A stretch of 64,000 nt of DNA. Origin: a virus. Each line of letters begins with the position of its first letter. Position 1 is the first letter of the stretch. Of the stretch, positions 48,468-58,500 are shown one piece after another. Below the pieces are notes generated by a model, which worked only from the letters and a program-made list of their open reading frames with translations, did not search any database and was not told the origin of the DNA. Both the position numbers and the translations under genes were made by a program. Location: positions 1 to 64,000 of the IMG/VR virus record IMGVR_UViG_3300042448_001704; one strand, 5' to 3'.

Positions 48468-49049
48468 ATGAATGAAATTTTTCCATCAATCTGGGTCTAT
48501 AGCCAGATATTTCAAAATTCGCAGCTAGTAATTGATTCGCTAGAAAAAGCGATAGATGAAAATGTTTTACTTAATTGGGTTTATGCAAGTACTGGAAATC
48601 ATCAAACTGATGGAAGTGTGAAAAACCCTTACAGGAGCAATAAGACCATCTCTCTGCCAAACGATATTAATACTGCCGATGGTTCCGGAAATCTTGATTC
48701 ATTTATTTTTAATCAGGTAACAGAACTAACTAATGAATATTCGTCTCATTTTGGTTTAGGGGGAATGAAAGACGAAGGATATTCTGTTTTAAAATATGTT
48801 GATGGGGCGGAATATAAACAACATTTTGATTGTGGCGGGGATCACAAAGATCGAGTTGCTTCAATGGTTCTGTATTTGAATGATGATTACGAGGGTGGGG
48901 AACTTGAGTTTCCATTTTTTGGAATCAAATACAAGCCCTCTGTCGGTGATGTGATTTTTTTCCCTTCTTCCTATACTTTTGCCCATATTGCACATCCAGT
49001 TACGAGTGGAACAAAGTATGCTCTCGTAACATGGTTGGCCTATGAATAA
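48468..49049 (+). CDS. 2OG-Fe(II) oxygenase, prolyl-4-hydroxylase-like
   Basis: YKQHFD...SMVLYLNDDYEGGELEF...FFPS...AHIAHPVTSGTKY (HxD...H). Confidence 0.9.
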   Translation: MNEIFPSIWVYSQIFQNSQLVIDSLEKAIDENVLLNWVYASTGNHQTDGSVKNPYRSNKTISLPNDINTADGSGNLDSFIFNQVTELTNEYSSHFGLGGMKDEGYSVLKYVDGAEYKQHFDCGGDHKDRVASMVLYLNDDYEGGELEFPFFGIKYKPSVGDVIFFPSSYTFAHIAHPVTSGTKYALVTWLAYE

Positions 49050-49623
49050 TGTAGACACATTCCGCCAAAACAATTTTGTCTACCTTGGGAATATTATTTC
49101 ACAAGATCTTGTTTCTGCCATTTCTGGATACGCCCTCCTTCAGGAAACATACGCTTTTACTCCTGACACTGAACAGGTAATAAATGCCCACGCTGTGTAT
49201 TCAGACTTTTTAATGGAGTCACTATTGGTTCAGTACAAACCGATAGTTGAAGAAGCAACTGGTTTGTCCCTTCTGCCAACTTATTCTTTTTATAGGGTTT
49301 ACAGAAGAGGTCAAGAACTGGTTCCACATATTGATAGACCGGCTTGCGAAATATCAATGAGTGTCTGTTATGACTTTGACTATATGGGTAAAGATTACGA
49401 CTGGCCACTATATATGGAAGACGATCCGCTGGTTATGAAACCGGGCGATGCGGCTATTTACCGCGGTATGGACTTAAACCACTATCGGCCAATATTTAAT
49501 GTTCCTCAAAACTCATACCATATTCAGGCTTTTTATCATTATGTTGATGCAAACGGTCAATATGCCGAATATGCATATGATAAAAACAAAAACTCTCATC
49601 TGAAAGTAATAGAAACAAAATAA
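49042..49623 (+). CDS. 2OG-Fe(II) oxygenase-like protein
   Basis: LLPTYSFYRVY...LVPHIDRPACEIS...PGDAAIYRG...HYR...QAFYHYV. Confidence 0.82.
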   Translation: MNNVDTFRQNNFVYLGNIISQDLVSAISGYALLQETYAFTPDTEQVINAHAVYSDFLMESLLVQYKPIVEEATGLSLLPTYSFYRVYRRGQELVPHIDRPACEISMSVCYDFDYMGKDYDWPLYMEDDPLVMKPGDAAIYRGMDLNHYRPIFNVPQNSYHIQAFYHYVDANGQYAEYAYDKNKNSHLKVIETK

Positions 49624-49624
49624 T

Positions 49625-49915
49625 ATGTTTTTTAAGAAAATTATTTCCGCCATTAAGACCATGAGTTCCAAAGATTACTGGACACGGGTTAACACCGTTG
49701 AAGCGTGGGGTTTTTCTACCAAGATTGCCATTATTTTTCCTGGTCTACTGTTGGGGAAGCAATTTTGGTGGCTCTACATCTTTGCTATCGTTTCCAGCGT
49801 GGCTCTTATTTGGACTTCCACGAAGAAAACTCTTCCAACAATTATTTTGTTTAATGTCTTGTGGGTGATACTCGCAAGTTTGTCAATTATTAAACACTTT
49901 TGGTGGTTTGGCTAA
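49625..49915 (+). CDS. Small multi-TM membrane protein
   Basis: 96 aa, three hydrophobic segments. Confidence 0.7.
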   Translation: MFFKKIISAIKTMSSKDYWTRVNTVEAWGFSTKIAIIFPGLLLGKQFWWLYIFAIVSSVALIWTSTKKTLPTIILFNVLWVILASLSIIKHFWWFG

Positions 49916-49945
49916 ATAATACCTTTCCATCAAAAGCCTTATAAA

Positions 49946-49954
49946 TGCTAAAAT
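49946..49954 (+). promoter_or_regulatory. Extended -10 element TGcTAAAAT, leaderless-type
   Basis: Ends 5 nt before the ATG at 49960; no clear RBS. Confidence 0.55.
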
Positions 49955-49959
49955 AGGCC

Positions 49960-50367
49960 ATGGAACGATTCTGGTATGGGGCAACCCTTAATAAAGTAAT
50001 TGATGGGGACACCATCGAGTTAATGGTTGATCTTGGCTTTAATGTTCATCACAAAATCCGCGTTCGCCTATACGGTGTGAATACCCCAGAATCACGTACT
50101 AAAGATTTGGCCGAGAAGGCTATGGGGCTGAAAGCTAAACAATTTACTCAAGAATGGTTGACAAACCATAAGTGGGTATTTGTTAACACCATCCCAGACA
50201 AGAACGATAAATACGGCCGAGTCTTGGCTCGCATATTTTCTTCCGATGATATTAACAACCCGACTACTGCCTGCCTAAACATAGACATAATAGAATCTGG
50301 ACTAGCCAGAGAATACTATGGCGTTGGCGACAAAACTTGGGATGAATATAAAAAGGAAACAAAGTGA
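49960..50367 (+). CDS. Thermonuclease (SNase-like)
   Basis: VIDGDT, RVRLYGVNTPE, DKYGRVLA, GLA. Confidence 0.9.
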   Translation: MERFWYGATLNKVIDGDTIELMVDLGFNVHHKIRVRLYGVNTPESRTKDLAEKAMGLKAKQFTQEWLTNHKWVFVNTIPDKNDKYGRVLARIFSSDDINNPTTACLNIDIIESGLAREYYGVGDKTWDEYKKETK

Positions 50368-50732
50368 TGTCAGAAGAAAAATCAATATTCAGTATGATGA
50401 TGGCAGGTATGCCAGTAAGAATCATGGACAGAACCGAAGCTTTCCAGCACCCTCTTGCTCCCGAAGAAAAAGAGCTGGCGGACGCCCTTGTTGGGATTGC
50501 CGAAAGATATGGCAAGTTCAATGAAGACAAAAAAGGAATCTGGGCAGGCTACGACGATGCTTCTAGTAATACTGTTGCAAGAATTGGTGTTAAGTGCGCA
50601 AACTGTGTTTTGTATATGGGTGATGGTCAATGCCGTATAATCCTTCAAACTGTTGAGCCTGAAGGAAAATGTAGATTTGCTGTTATTCCTGATGGTGTCG
50701 TGCAAGCGACAATGAATAACCAGATTATTTAA
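50367..50732 (+). CDS. Four-Cys (HiPIP-like spacing) small protein
   Basis: KCANCVLY...CRII...VEPEGKCRF. Confidence 0.65.
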   Translation: MSEEKSIFSMMMAGMPVRIMDRTEAFQHPLAPEEKELADALVGIAERYGKFNEDKKGIWAGYDDASSNTVARIGVKCANCVLYMGDGQCRIILQTVEPEGKCRFAVIPDGVVQATMNNQII

Positions 50733-50744
50733 TAAGGAAATAAA

Positions 50745-51515
50745 ATGACATTTTTTAATGAACTATTGGGGGAAATTAAAGGTTTTAGGTTTGAGCAAGA
50801 CCTCAAAGCTCTTGGCAAACCAATAAGACCTAGAGGTCCTGATATTCCGTTAGACGGTGATGGTGATGGTTTCGTTGTAGATCCAATTACTGGAGACGAC
50901 AATATTCCTTTTGTTCCCGATGTTGTTCCAAGGTCAATATCAATTAGAAAAAACCACAAGCCGGCACCAGCGATGGTTGATAAGTGGCAAAAAGACTTAG
51001 AAGACATGACACCTGTCTGGCGCGAAGATCCAATGAAAGCAGCTGATGGGTCATATTACGACTGGGAATGGGCTGATGAAACTGTCTACAAACTTAGTCA
51101 AAATCCAGATGGTTCTACACTTTCCAAATATGACTTAGAGGGTATAAAGGCTCACTACAAAAAAGAAATTGATGACCATAATCGCCGTGATCCAGAGAAT
51201 AAGAGCAAATCTGAATTGGCTGAATCGCAAGCAGCGCTTGATGAGGTTCAAAAAATGATTGACGATAAGCCTCAAACCGACAAACGAACTCCTGATCAAA
51301 AGTTAGATGCACTATTTTTTCAAACAAGAAAAGATAAAACTGGCCCTCCTGGAAAACAAGTCAGAACAAGAGAAAATGACCGTCAAATACAACAAGATGC
51401 TGACAATATAAAATTTCTTCAAGAGCAATTAAAGCGCTTTGAGAAAGACCCAGAAAAGACAAAGCTAATCAACGAATCAATATCTCACCTTCAAGAATTC
51501 AAGAAGAAGAAATAA
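50745..51515 (+). CDS. Hypothetical protein with GxIxGFRFE N-terminal tag and DGDGDG motif
   Basis: MTFFNELLGEIKGFRFEQDLKA...PLDGDGDGFV. Confidence 0.75.
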   Translation: MTFFNELLGEIKGFRFEQDLKALGKPIRPRGPDIPLDGDGDGFVVDPITGDDNIPFVPDVVPRSISIRKNHKPAPAMVDKWQKDLEDMTPVWREDPMKAADGSYYDWEWADETVYKLSQNPDGSTLSKYDLEGIKAHYKKEIDDHNRRDPENKSKSELAESQAALDEVQKMIDDKPQTDKRTPDQKLDALFFQTRKDKTGPPGKQVRTRENDRQIQQDADNIKFLQEQLKRFEKDPEKTKLINESISHLQEFKKKK

Positions 51516-51961
51516 TGACAACCTGGGAAGACTATACGGGATCAATTGTGGGGTTCAGATTTGAATCAAAAGCAGATAAAGAAAATTGTCCTCGCGCAAC
51601 TCAAGACATTGGTGTAAATATTAAGAATCGCCAAAAAGCGATAGAGACTGCCGACTACGGCCCTTTAAACCCCAAAGAAGCAAACGATGCTTTCTGGAAG
51701 AAAAAAGGTGATCGTTGGGACGTTTCTCCAGAAGAAGCGAAGAAGCAAAAGTGTGGCAACTGTATTCTCTTTGTTCGTTCTCCACGAATTCTTAAATGTA
51801 TTGAGGGTGCTCTCGGTAATGAGTCAGGTTCTACTTGGGACATCGTTGATGCTGGTCAAATAGGATACTGCGAAGCCTTTGACTTTAAGTGCCACTCAGA
51901 GCGCACTTGTGATGCTTGGGTTGTTGGAGGCCCAACTGTTACAGACGGTAAAGAAAAGTAA
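51515..51961 (+). CDS. Cys-cluster protein with GSIxGFRFE N-terminal tag
   Basis: MTTWEDYTGSIVGFRFESKA; CGNC...GYCEAFDFKCHSERTCDAW. Confidence 0.75.
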   Translation: MTTWEDYTGSIVGFRFESKADKENCPRATQDIGVNIKNRQKAIETADYGPLNPKEANDAFWKKKGDRWDVSPEEAKKQKCGNCILFVRSPRILKCIEGALGNESGSTWDIVDAGQIGYCEAFDFKCHSERTCDAWVVGGPTVTDGKEK

Positions 51962-51968
51962 CTACATC

Positions 51969-52580
51969 ATGCTTTGGAAAGATTATAAAGGAAGCATCAA
52001 GTCTATAAGATTTGAAAATAGCGAAGATTCTTTTGCTCATAATGAAAAATCATTAAAAGAGTGGTTTAAGGAAAAATGGGTTGACTTATCTAGACCCAAA
52101 AAAGATGGTGGATTTGAGCCTTGCGGTAGGGACGACGCAGACAAGGGCAAATACCCTAAATGTGTTCCGGCTTCCAAAGCAAGCAAAATGACTGCTGAAG
52201 AAATCCGTTCTGCCGTATCTAGAAAAAGAAGAGCAGAATCAACTCAAGTCCGAGACGGTAATAAACCTATCAATGTCTCAACAGATAAAAAAGATGGTTC
52301 TGATATTGAAGAAAAATCAGCCATACCTACAGACGCTGTTTTGTATGCGCGGGTAAAAGCGGAAGCAAAAGCCAAATTTGATGTTTACCCTTCCGCTTAT
52401 GCCAATGCTTGGCTGGTTAGGGAGTACAAGAAAAGGGGTGGCGGTTATCGTTCTGAAAAGGCAGATAATGGCGAATATGAAGAGTTGCTTCAAGACCTCA
52501 CGGAAATTCAATTGTCTGATTTCTTTGATTGGGTTGACGAAAACGATAAGACTGCTAGGCTTCAAGTTCCTAACCCATAG
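51969..52580 (+). CDS. DUF5872-like protein with GSIKSIRFE N-terminal tag
   Basis: ATG at 51969; SLKEWFKEKWVD...PCGR...YPKCVP and LYARVKAEAK...YPSAYANAWLVREYKKRGGGY; family name from recall. Confidence 0.7.
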   Translation: MLWKDYKGSIKSIRFENSEDSFAHNEKSLKEWFKEKWVDLSRPKKDGGFEPCGRDDADKGKYPKCVPASKASKMTAEEIRSAVSRKRRAESTQVRDGNKPINVSTDKKDGSDIEEKSAIPTDAVLYARVKAEAKAKFDVYPSAYANAWLVREYKKRGGGYRSEKADNGEYEELLQDLTEIQLSDFFDWVDENDKTARLQVPNP

Positions 52581-52597
52581 TTTCGTTGAGGTATAAT

Positions 52598-52762
52598 ATG
52601 TCAGAACAACTTAATCCACAGTCAATTATTGATGAACTTATTAAAAGAGTAAATGCATTAACTCTTGAAAATGTCGTGCTCGCTGCGCAACTTCAAGATC
52701 ACCGCAACCATCATGCTTCCAGCCAAGCAATTGATAAGGATGATGTATTTTCGGAGGATTAA
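52598..52762 (+). CDS. 54-aa coiled-coil protein, below the track cutoff
   Basis: GAGG then ATG at 52598; MSEQLNPQSIIDELIKRVNALTLENVVLAAQLQ...; ends 3 nt before 52766. Confidence 0.65.
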   Translation: MSEQLNPQSIIDELIKRVNALTLENVVLAAQLQDHRNHHASSQAIDKDDVFSED

Positions 52763-52765
52763 CAT

Positions 52766-54223
52766 ATGGCGGCTAAAACAGTACACGCCTATACGGGCGC
52801 AGCTTATGTGGCCGCTATTCCTCGCAAGGCCTCAGCCTCGGCAATTAAAAGGATTTTTTCCAGCGTTACAACCAACATCTGGGAAGGATATCCAAATGCT
52901 GTAACGTCCGTATCGGGTTCAAACACGGCCACCGGAACTTTCCCAAATAAAACAAGCAATGTAACAGTCTCGTGGAGCAATCCAGCGGACACTAGCTTGA
53001 CTGCATCCTACGATATTTTCTTTGATGTCGGTAGTTCTGGAGCTTTTACAAAGCACAACTCAACAGCCATATCAAAGTCTTCTACTTCATACACATTTGG
53101 CGCTATTCCTGCTGCAACAAACTATAGATGGTTTATTAGAACGATTGGAACATCTGGTTTAACTACAGACTCTGCAACTTCTAGCGTTTTCTCTTTAAGT
53201 GCACCGGCTTCACGGTCATTAACAGCAAACACTGCTGTTTTAACGAATGGCATATCGTGGACTGCAACTGCTGGCGTGTATCAAAGATTTTATGTTTACT
53301 ACTCTTCAAACAACAGCACATGGACTGGACCTATAGAAGTTGCTTCTAGTATTAGTCAAACTTCATACGCGTATCAGATAACGACCGTTGAAAACACAAA
53401 TAGATATTGGCGCATGTCTGGTCAAAACACAAATGCACACTGGAGTCCAGAATCAATAGCAACGGTCTACACCCCTGTAAATTGCACTAACTATGGTACG
53501 GCAGGTGCAGACCATGGTTGGACTGCTGGAACACCAGTAGCCAACACGCCCACAGGAACATGTGGAAACAGGGTTTATACAAATACAACCACTTGGACTA
53601 AAACATTAGCAGGCACTATATGTTCTTCTTACACAACAACAAGTGGAGAAATAGCAGCGCCTAGTTGTGTTGATAGTTGCTACGATACTGGAACTGCGAC
53701 AACTGAGACTATTGGTTGTCAATGTAGTGGTAGTTTTACGAGAACGACAACCCCCTACACAGCAAAATCGGGAAGTAACTGTGGGGCAAAAGCCAGTACC
53801 GTTTCAGATTCGGCGTGTGCTGGCAACTGCACAAACAGCGATGCTGATTGTTATACCGCCACTGTGACCGCTTGTGAATCTGGCATAAAAGATGGTGTTT
53901 CTGCAGCATGCGGAGCAGGAATAACATCATATGTTCCAGTTGAAACTGCTGTGCCAAAATGCGGAGACACGGCCAATACTGGATCGTGCGGAAACTTTAA
54001 TACTGAAGCTCCGCTTCCTGCTGGATGGATAAACGCTTCATCTCTATATGCAGGAACATTTCAAACACCTGGTTATGGTATTGACGGTTGTGGTTGCGAT
54101 GCCTTCCACGCGTACCGTAGATATCAATGCAGTACTGATGCTGCCATTATTAAAACAGTAGATTATGGTTGCATGCAGTGGACTCTTTCATGCGGTGGCG
54201 GCGGTAGCGGCGGAACTATTTAA
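52766..54223 (+). CDS. FN3-like plus Cys-rich putative virion/fibre protein
   Basis: Two FN3-like units (VTVSWSNP...YDIF...YRWFIR; ISWTA...RYWRM), then 20 Cys in the last ~245 aa. Confidence 0.75.
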   Translation: MAAKTVHAYTGAAYVAAIPRKASASAIKRIFSSVTTNIWEGYPNAVTSVSGSNTATGTFPNKTSNVTVSWSNPADTSLTASYDIFFDVGSSGAFTKHNSTAISKSSTSYTFGAIPAATNYRWFIRTIGTSGLTTDSATSSVFSLSAPASRSLTANTAVLTNGISWTATAGVYQRFYVYYSSNNSTWTGPIEVASSISQTSYAYQITTVENTNRYWRMSGQNTNAHWSPESIATVYTPVNCTNYGTAGADHGWTAGTPVANTPTGTCGNRVYTNTTTWTKTLAGTICSSYTTTSGEIAAPSCVDSCYDTGTATTETIGCQCSGSFTRTTTPYTAKSGSNCGAKASTVSDSACAGNCTNSDADCYTATVTACESGIKDGVSAACGAGITSYVPVETAVPKCGDTANTGSCGNFNTEAPLPAGWINASSLYAGTFQTPGYGIDGCGCDAFHAYRRYQCSTDAAIIKTVDYGCMQWTLSCGGGGSGGTI

Positions 54224-54236
54224 CGTGTGGAAATAA

Positions 54237-54947
54237 TTATATTTCTATTTCTCTCAACATTTGAGTAGTTTCCTTAGGGGCAAACTCTTGTTGTTTTTCT
54301 TTAAACCAAGCCATCATTTTCGGAGACATTTGAGGGTAAGTCTCTGAAAGTTGCCTATGATTCACATCGCCTTTCAGATATCTTGCTAAATGCATATCTG
54401 GCAGTGAATCTATTTCATGAAGCAAACCTAAAGGAACTTCCAAGATATCTAGCGCAAGTTTTGAATATATTGCCATTGGGTGATCCGAATTAAAAGGTTC
54501 TTCTACCATGAATGACCATTCACGCATATTTTTTAAAAGTTCAATTATTGATGTTCCAAACCATATTGTGCAAGGGGCACCGCTGGTGTCAAACAAATCG
54601 TCTGTGGCAAATGTATTTCCATCTATTGTGTTTTGATAGAACGCCACATATGTAATCACAAAATGAGGGGCAGCATCAATTACTTTTACTCCAGATTGTA
54701 TATCTAGTATTCCAAGAGGCATTCCTGTATAAGGAGATGTTTCTCCCATATACATACCTTCATCATGGTATGGAGTGTGAACTGTCGGTAATTCCATGCT
54801 GTAAGTCAAAGAATCACATCTGCCAGAATACGGAGTATTAACACCATCAACTACGAGCAAACTTTTATGAAGTATGAAACGACCACGGTTGGCTGGTGAT
54901 GCATCTCTGAAAGTTACCCAATCGGGGAGAGATTGGCTGTGTTCCAT
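54237..54947 (-). CDS. Cassette large protein, copy 2
   Basis: 236 aa; EWSFMVEEPFNS...LHEI...DMHLARYLKG. Confidence 0.8.
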   Translation of the reverse strand: MEHSQSLPDWVTFRDASPANRGRFILHKSLLVVDGVNTPYSGRCDSLTYSMELPTVHTPYHDEGMYMGETSPYTGMPLGILDIQSGVKVIDAAPHFVITYVAFYQNTIDGNTFATDDLFDTSGAPCTIWFGTSIIELLKNMREWSFMVEEPFNSDHPMAIYSKLALDILEVPLGLLHEIDSLPDMHLARYLKGDVNHRQLSETYPQMSPKMMAWFKEKQQEFAPKETTQMLREIEI

Positions 54948-54948
54948 T

Positions 54949-55188
54949 TTATGATCCTAGTTTTGTGTCAATTATTTTAAGGCCTTCGCACAGTCTGCTT
55001 ATGGTCTGGTTATATGTCCACAACGAGTTAGAAGTTTCCAGAGTATTAGTAAAGGTTGTGTAGTCAAGGTCGTCTGGGTCAATTCCTCCCCTTATACACC
55101 ATGTGTATAATTCGGCAAACATGCGAGAACGCAAGGCTTCCAAAGCTGCGGTTTTATCATCCGTATTTAAAAATTGTTCTAATCCCAT
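54949..55188 (-). CDS. Cassette small protein, copy 2
   Basis: 79 aa; LNTDDKTAAL...ELYTWCIRGGIDPDDLD. Confidence 0.8.
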   Translation of the reverse strand: MGLEQFLNTDDKTAALEALRSRMFAELYTWCIRGGIDPDDLDYTTFTNTLETSNSLWTYNQTISRLCEGLKIIDTKLGS

Positions 55189-55236
55189 TTTTTGGTTCTT
55201 TCCGTCCGTGCGCTTACCTCACACTAGTATAGAACC

Positions 55237-55482
55237 ATGGTATCTCATTGGGATGAATGGAAAAAGAAGAATGCTAAACGTCAGGAAACTGGCGTCGTAC
55301 GACCGTGGGATGTAATAAACCCCGAAACGCAGTATCTGGAGCCAGAGGACGCTAAGGCGCGACTAGATATCTGTAACAGCTGTGAGTTCCTTAATGCCCT
55401 GCATCAGTGCCAGAAATGTGGCTGCTTGATGCCTGTGAAGGTAACCCTAAAACACGCAACTTGCCCAATAGGAAAATGGTAG
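55237..55482 (+). CDS. Small Cys-rich metal-binding protein (DUF6171-like)
   Basis: RLDICNSC...CQKCGCLM..K...CPIGKW. Confidence 0.8.
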   Translation: MVSHWDEWKKKNAKRQETGVVRPWDVINPETQYLEPEDAKARLDICNSCEFLNALHQCQKCGCLMPVKVTLKHATCPIGKW

Positions 55483-55494
55483 CCACTTAAAAAC

Positions 55495-55503
55495 TGGTAT
55501 AAT
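55495..55503 (+). promoter_or_regulatory. Extended -10 element TGgTATAAT upstream of the surface protein gene
   Basis: Consensus match in a short intergenic gap. Confidence 0.55.
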
Positions 55504-55530
55504 TTCATAGTCACTACTTTAGGGAAGACT

Positions 55531-58500
55531 ATGAAGAAATTCGCAAGCTTAACAAGATTGCTTATATTTATTCCTGTTTTGTTTTTTGGGCTTAGTAGCC
55601 CTCCTGTTAAAGCCTCAACCATTACGGACACCTTTGACAACCTAGATGGTTGGACTATTAATAGTGGGAATCCAATTGCTAACGGATCACTACGATTCAC
55701 TTACTTCTACAGTTCAGTTACAAAAACAATTTCGGTTCCAGGGGCGGGAACCCTTACGGCGTCCATAGATGTAAACAACTCCGAAACAAACTGCATAGGA
55801 AACTGCACTCCAGTTCCCGACACATACGCATTCCATCTAGGTGACGCACACATAGATTCCTCAACTGCCCATGCAACAATCAGGCTAACCCAAAGCGTGA
55901 CTACGACTAGTGCTGGTGATGTAGTGCTCTACCTTGGCGGTATTGACAACGGGTTCTGGGGTGGACATTACGGACCTGTTATGGACAACCTGTCTTACGA
56001 GTTTGTCCCTGCAGCCCCGGTTGCGACTGGATATCCAGCAGATCAGAACTGGGAAGCCGTCACTTACGGGGATGGAAAATTTGTTGCTGTCGCCTCGTCT
56101 GGCGACGGTAATCGCGTTATGACATCAACAAATGGCAACTATTGGGTTTCAAGAACTTCTGCTTCTAATAGCAACTGGCAAGGAATTACATACGCCGATA
56201 GTCAATTCGTTGCCGTCGGATCAAATGCGGTAATGACATCTCCTGACGGAATTACATGGACATCAAGAACTGCACCAACAGGAGAATGGCAAGCAATCAC
56301 AAACTGCGGTGGTCTTTTTGTTGCTACTGCAACATGGGGAAACAACTATATTATGTCCTCGCCCGACGGAATTGATTGGACGGTTCGCTCCCCATCCACC
56401 GCATGGTCACACGATGCAGTCGCTTGTAGCGCAACAGTTCCACGGTTTGTTTCTGTATCAATGTTTGGTAGGGGCTGGTCTTCTCCTAATGGAATTACTG
56501 GTTGGTCCACACAAAACCCTGGTGCAATAGTTGACATCCGAACAGTTGCGTTTGGCAACGGACGTTTCTCATGGCTTGAATACAGCACAAATTCAGGAAA
56601 TAGATATGGTGCTTACTCTACTAACGGAGTTAACTGGACCAACACCGCAAGTGCTCCAGCCAACCAGTGGAAATACATAACATATGGTGGAAACAAGTTT
56701 ATTGCCGTAGCAGAAGGTGGAGTTAATACACGCTCTGCTTATTCAACAGACGGTGCAAACTGGACGCTTGGTTCTGGGGTTCCAAACAACTCATGGCAAG
56801 GTGTTGCTTATGGTGCAGGAAAGTATGTTGCTGTAGCAAACTCTGGCACAGGAAACAGAGTAATGACGTCCTCTGATGGGCAATCATGGGAAAGTCTTTC
56901 TGTTGCTTATTTCAACGCTGTGCAGAACTTAACTGCGGTAGCGAACGAAGACGGAAGCGTAACTCTTAATTGGGACGCACCAGAAGCAAGCAACACTGAA
57001 ATATATGGATACTCAGTAAATTTTGTTGACTATGACGATGGTGTTGAACGTGGTGGTTGGGGTGTTTGGACAACTGCTGCGAACACTAGTTATTTGCTTA
57101 GTCACGATATGTTTGATGGAGGCAACTCAGTAACAACTGGATATGGATCTGTTCGTTTTAAGGTCTACGCAATGAATGGGCCATGTGCTGGAGTCGGTAG
57201 CGGTTCTTGTTTATATGGTCCTAGTACGAGCGCGGATGCGATTGTTTTGGAACCAACTGTACCTACTACGACTACTAGTACTACCAGTACGACAAGTACA
57301 TCATTACCGCCCACAACGACCACAAGCACAATAGTAATTTCACCTATTAATAATACAACAACTACTACCGAGCCAGTGGTTGTTCTTCCTCCAACAGACA
57401 ACACCACTGTCTCAATTCCTGAGTTAGACCTAACTCCAGTTTTAACTCCAGAACCAGAAACAACAGTTACAACAATTTCGCCAACTACTACAACTCTTAT
57501 TGAAACAATATTTGACACACCAGTGGAGGTAACCCCAGTTGAGACACCCGCGAGCGAAGGTAACACCGAAGGCGATGGACCCATCACCTCGATACCACAA
57601 TATGCCCCAGAACAAGAGACAACAACACAAACGGACGAACCGCCGGTAGTTGTGCCAGAAGCCGTACAAGACGCAGCAGATGCTGCTGTTGAAGACATTT
57701 TTGACGGCCCTATGTCTAATGCAGGACTTGCAAATGCCGTTGACGATTTGGTTGCAGACGCCGAGACCCCAGAACAACTGACAGCAGTTGTTAATTCTCT
57801 TCTTGACCAAGAACTCTCAGACACACAGTTTGCGACCGTTATTGATTCAGTTTTCTCCGAGCCTTTAACAGACGAGAACTTTGCCGCTGCCGTGGACGCA
57901 GTATTTGAAGATCCAACTCAACTTTCAGATGCGCAATTTGAAGACGCAGTTGTAGCAGTTTTTGATGGCCCATTGTCTAACGCTCAATTTGAAGACGCGG
58001 TAGAAGCGGTCTTTGAAAACACAACATCTCTTAGTGATGAACAGTTTGACGCTGCTGTACAGGCGGTCTTTGATGAGCCACTAACTACAGAACAATTTAC
58101 TGAAGCCCTAAGCGCCGTCTTTGATGAGCCAATCACTGACGAGAAGTTTGATGCAATCATTGATGCGGTTTTGGATGAACCACTTACTGAAGAGCAGTTT
58201 GAGGAACTGGTTAATGTCTTGGAATCAGATACAGTTACCGAAGAACAGGTTTCGGCCGCAGTTGATTCGGTTATTGAAAACGGCGTTACGGAAGACCAAG
58301 CCGTAGATCTTGCTACTAGCGCAAAAGTTTTGGAAAGCGTTGACGGCGAACAAGCAACAGAAATCTTTGCTACGGTTGACATCAGTGCAGTAACCGAAGA
58401 AGAAGCGGCACAACTTGTTGAGGCAGTTCAGAGCGCACCGACTGAAGTTAGAGAAGCAATGGAATCTGAAATCAATGTATTCCAAGGGGCGATTGACACA

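Noticed and set aside
57165-58485. Long antisense ORFs in the surface protein gene
   Set aside because: Explained by repeat codon bias; no independent signals.
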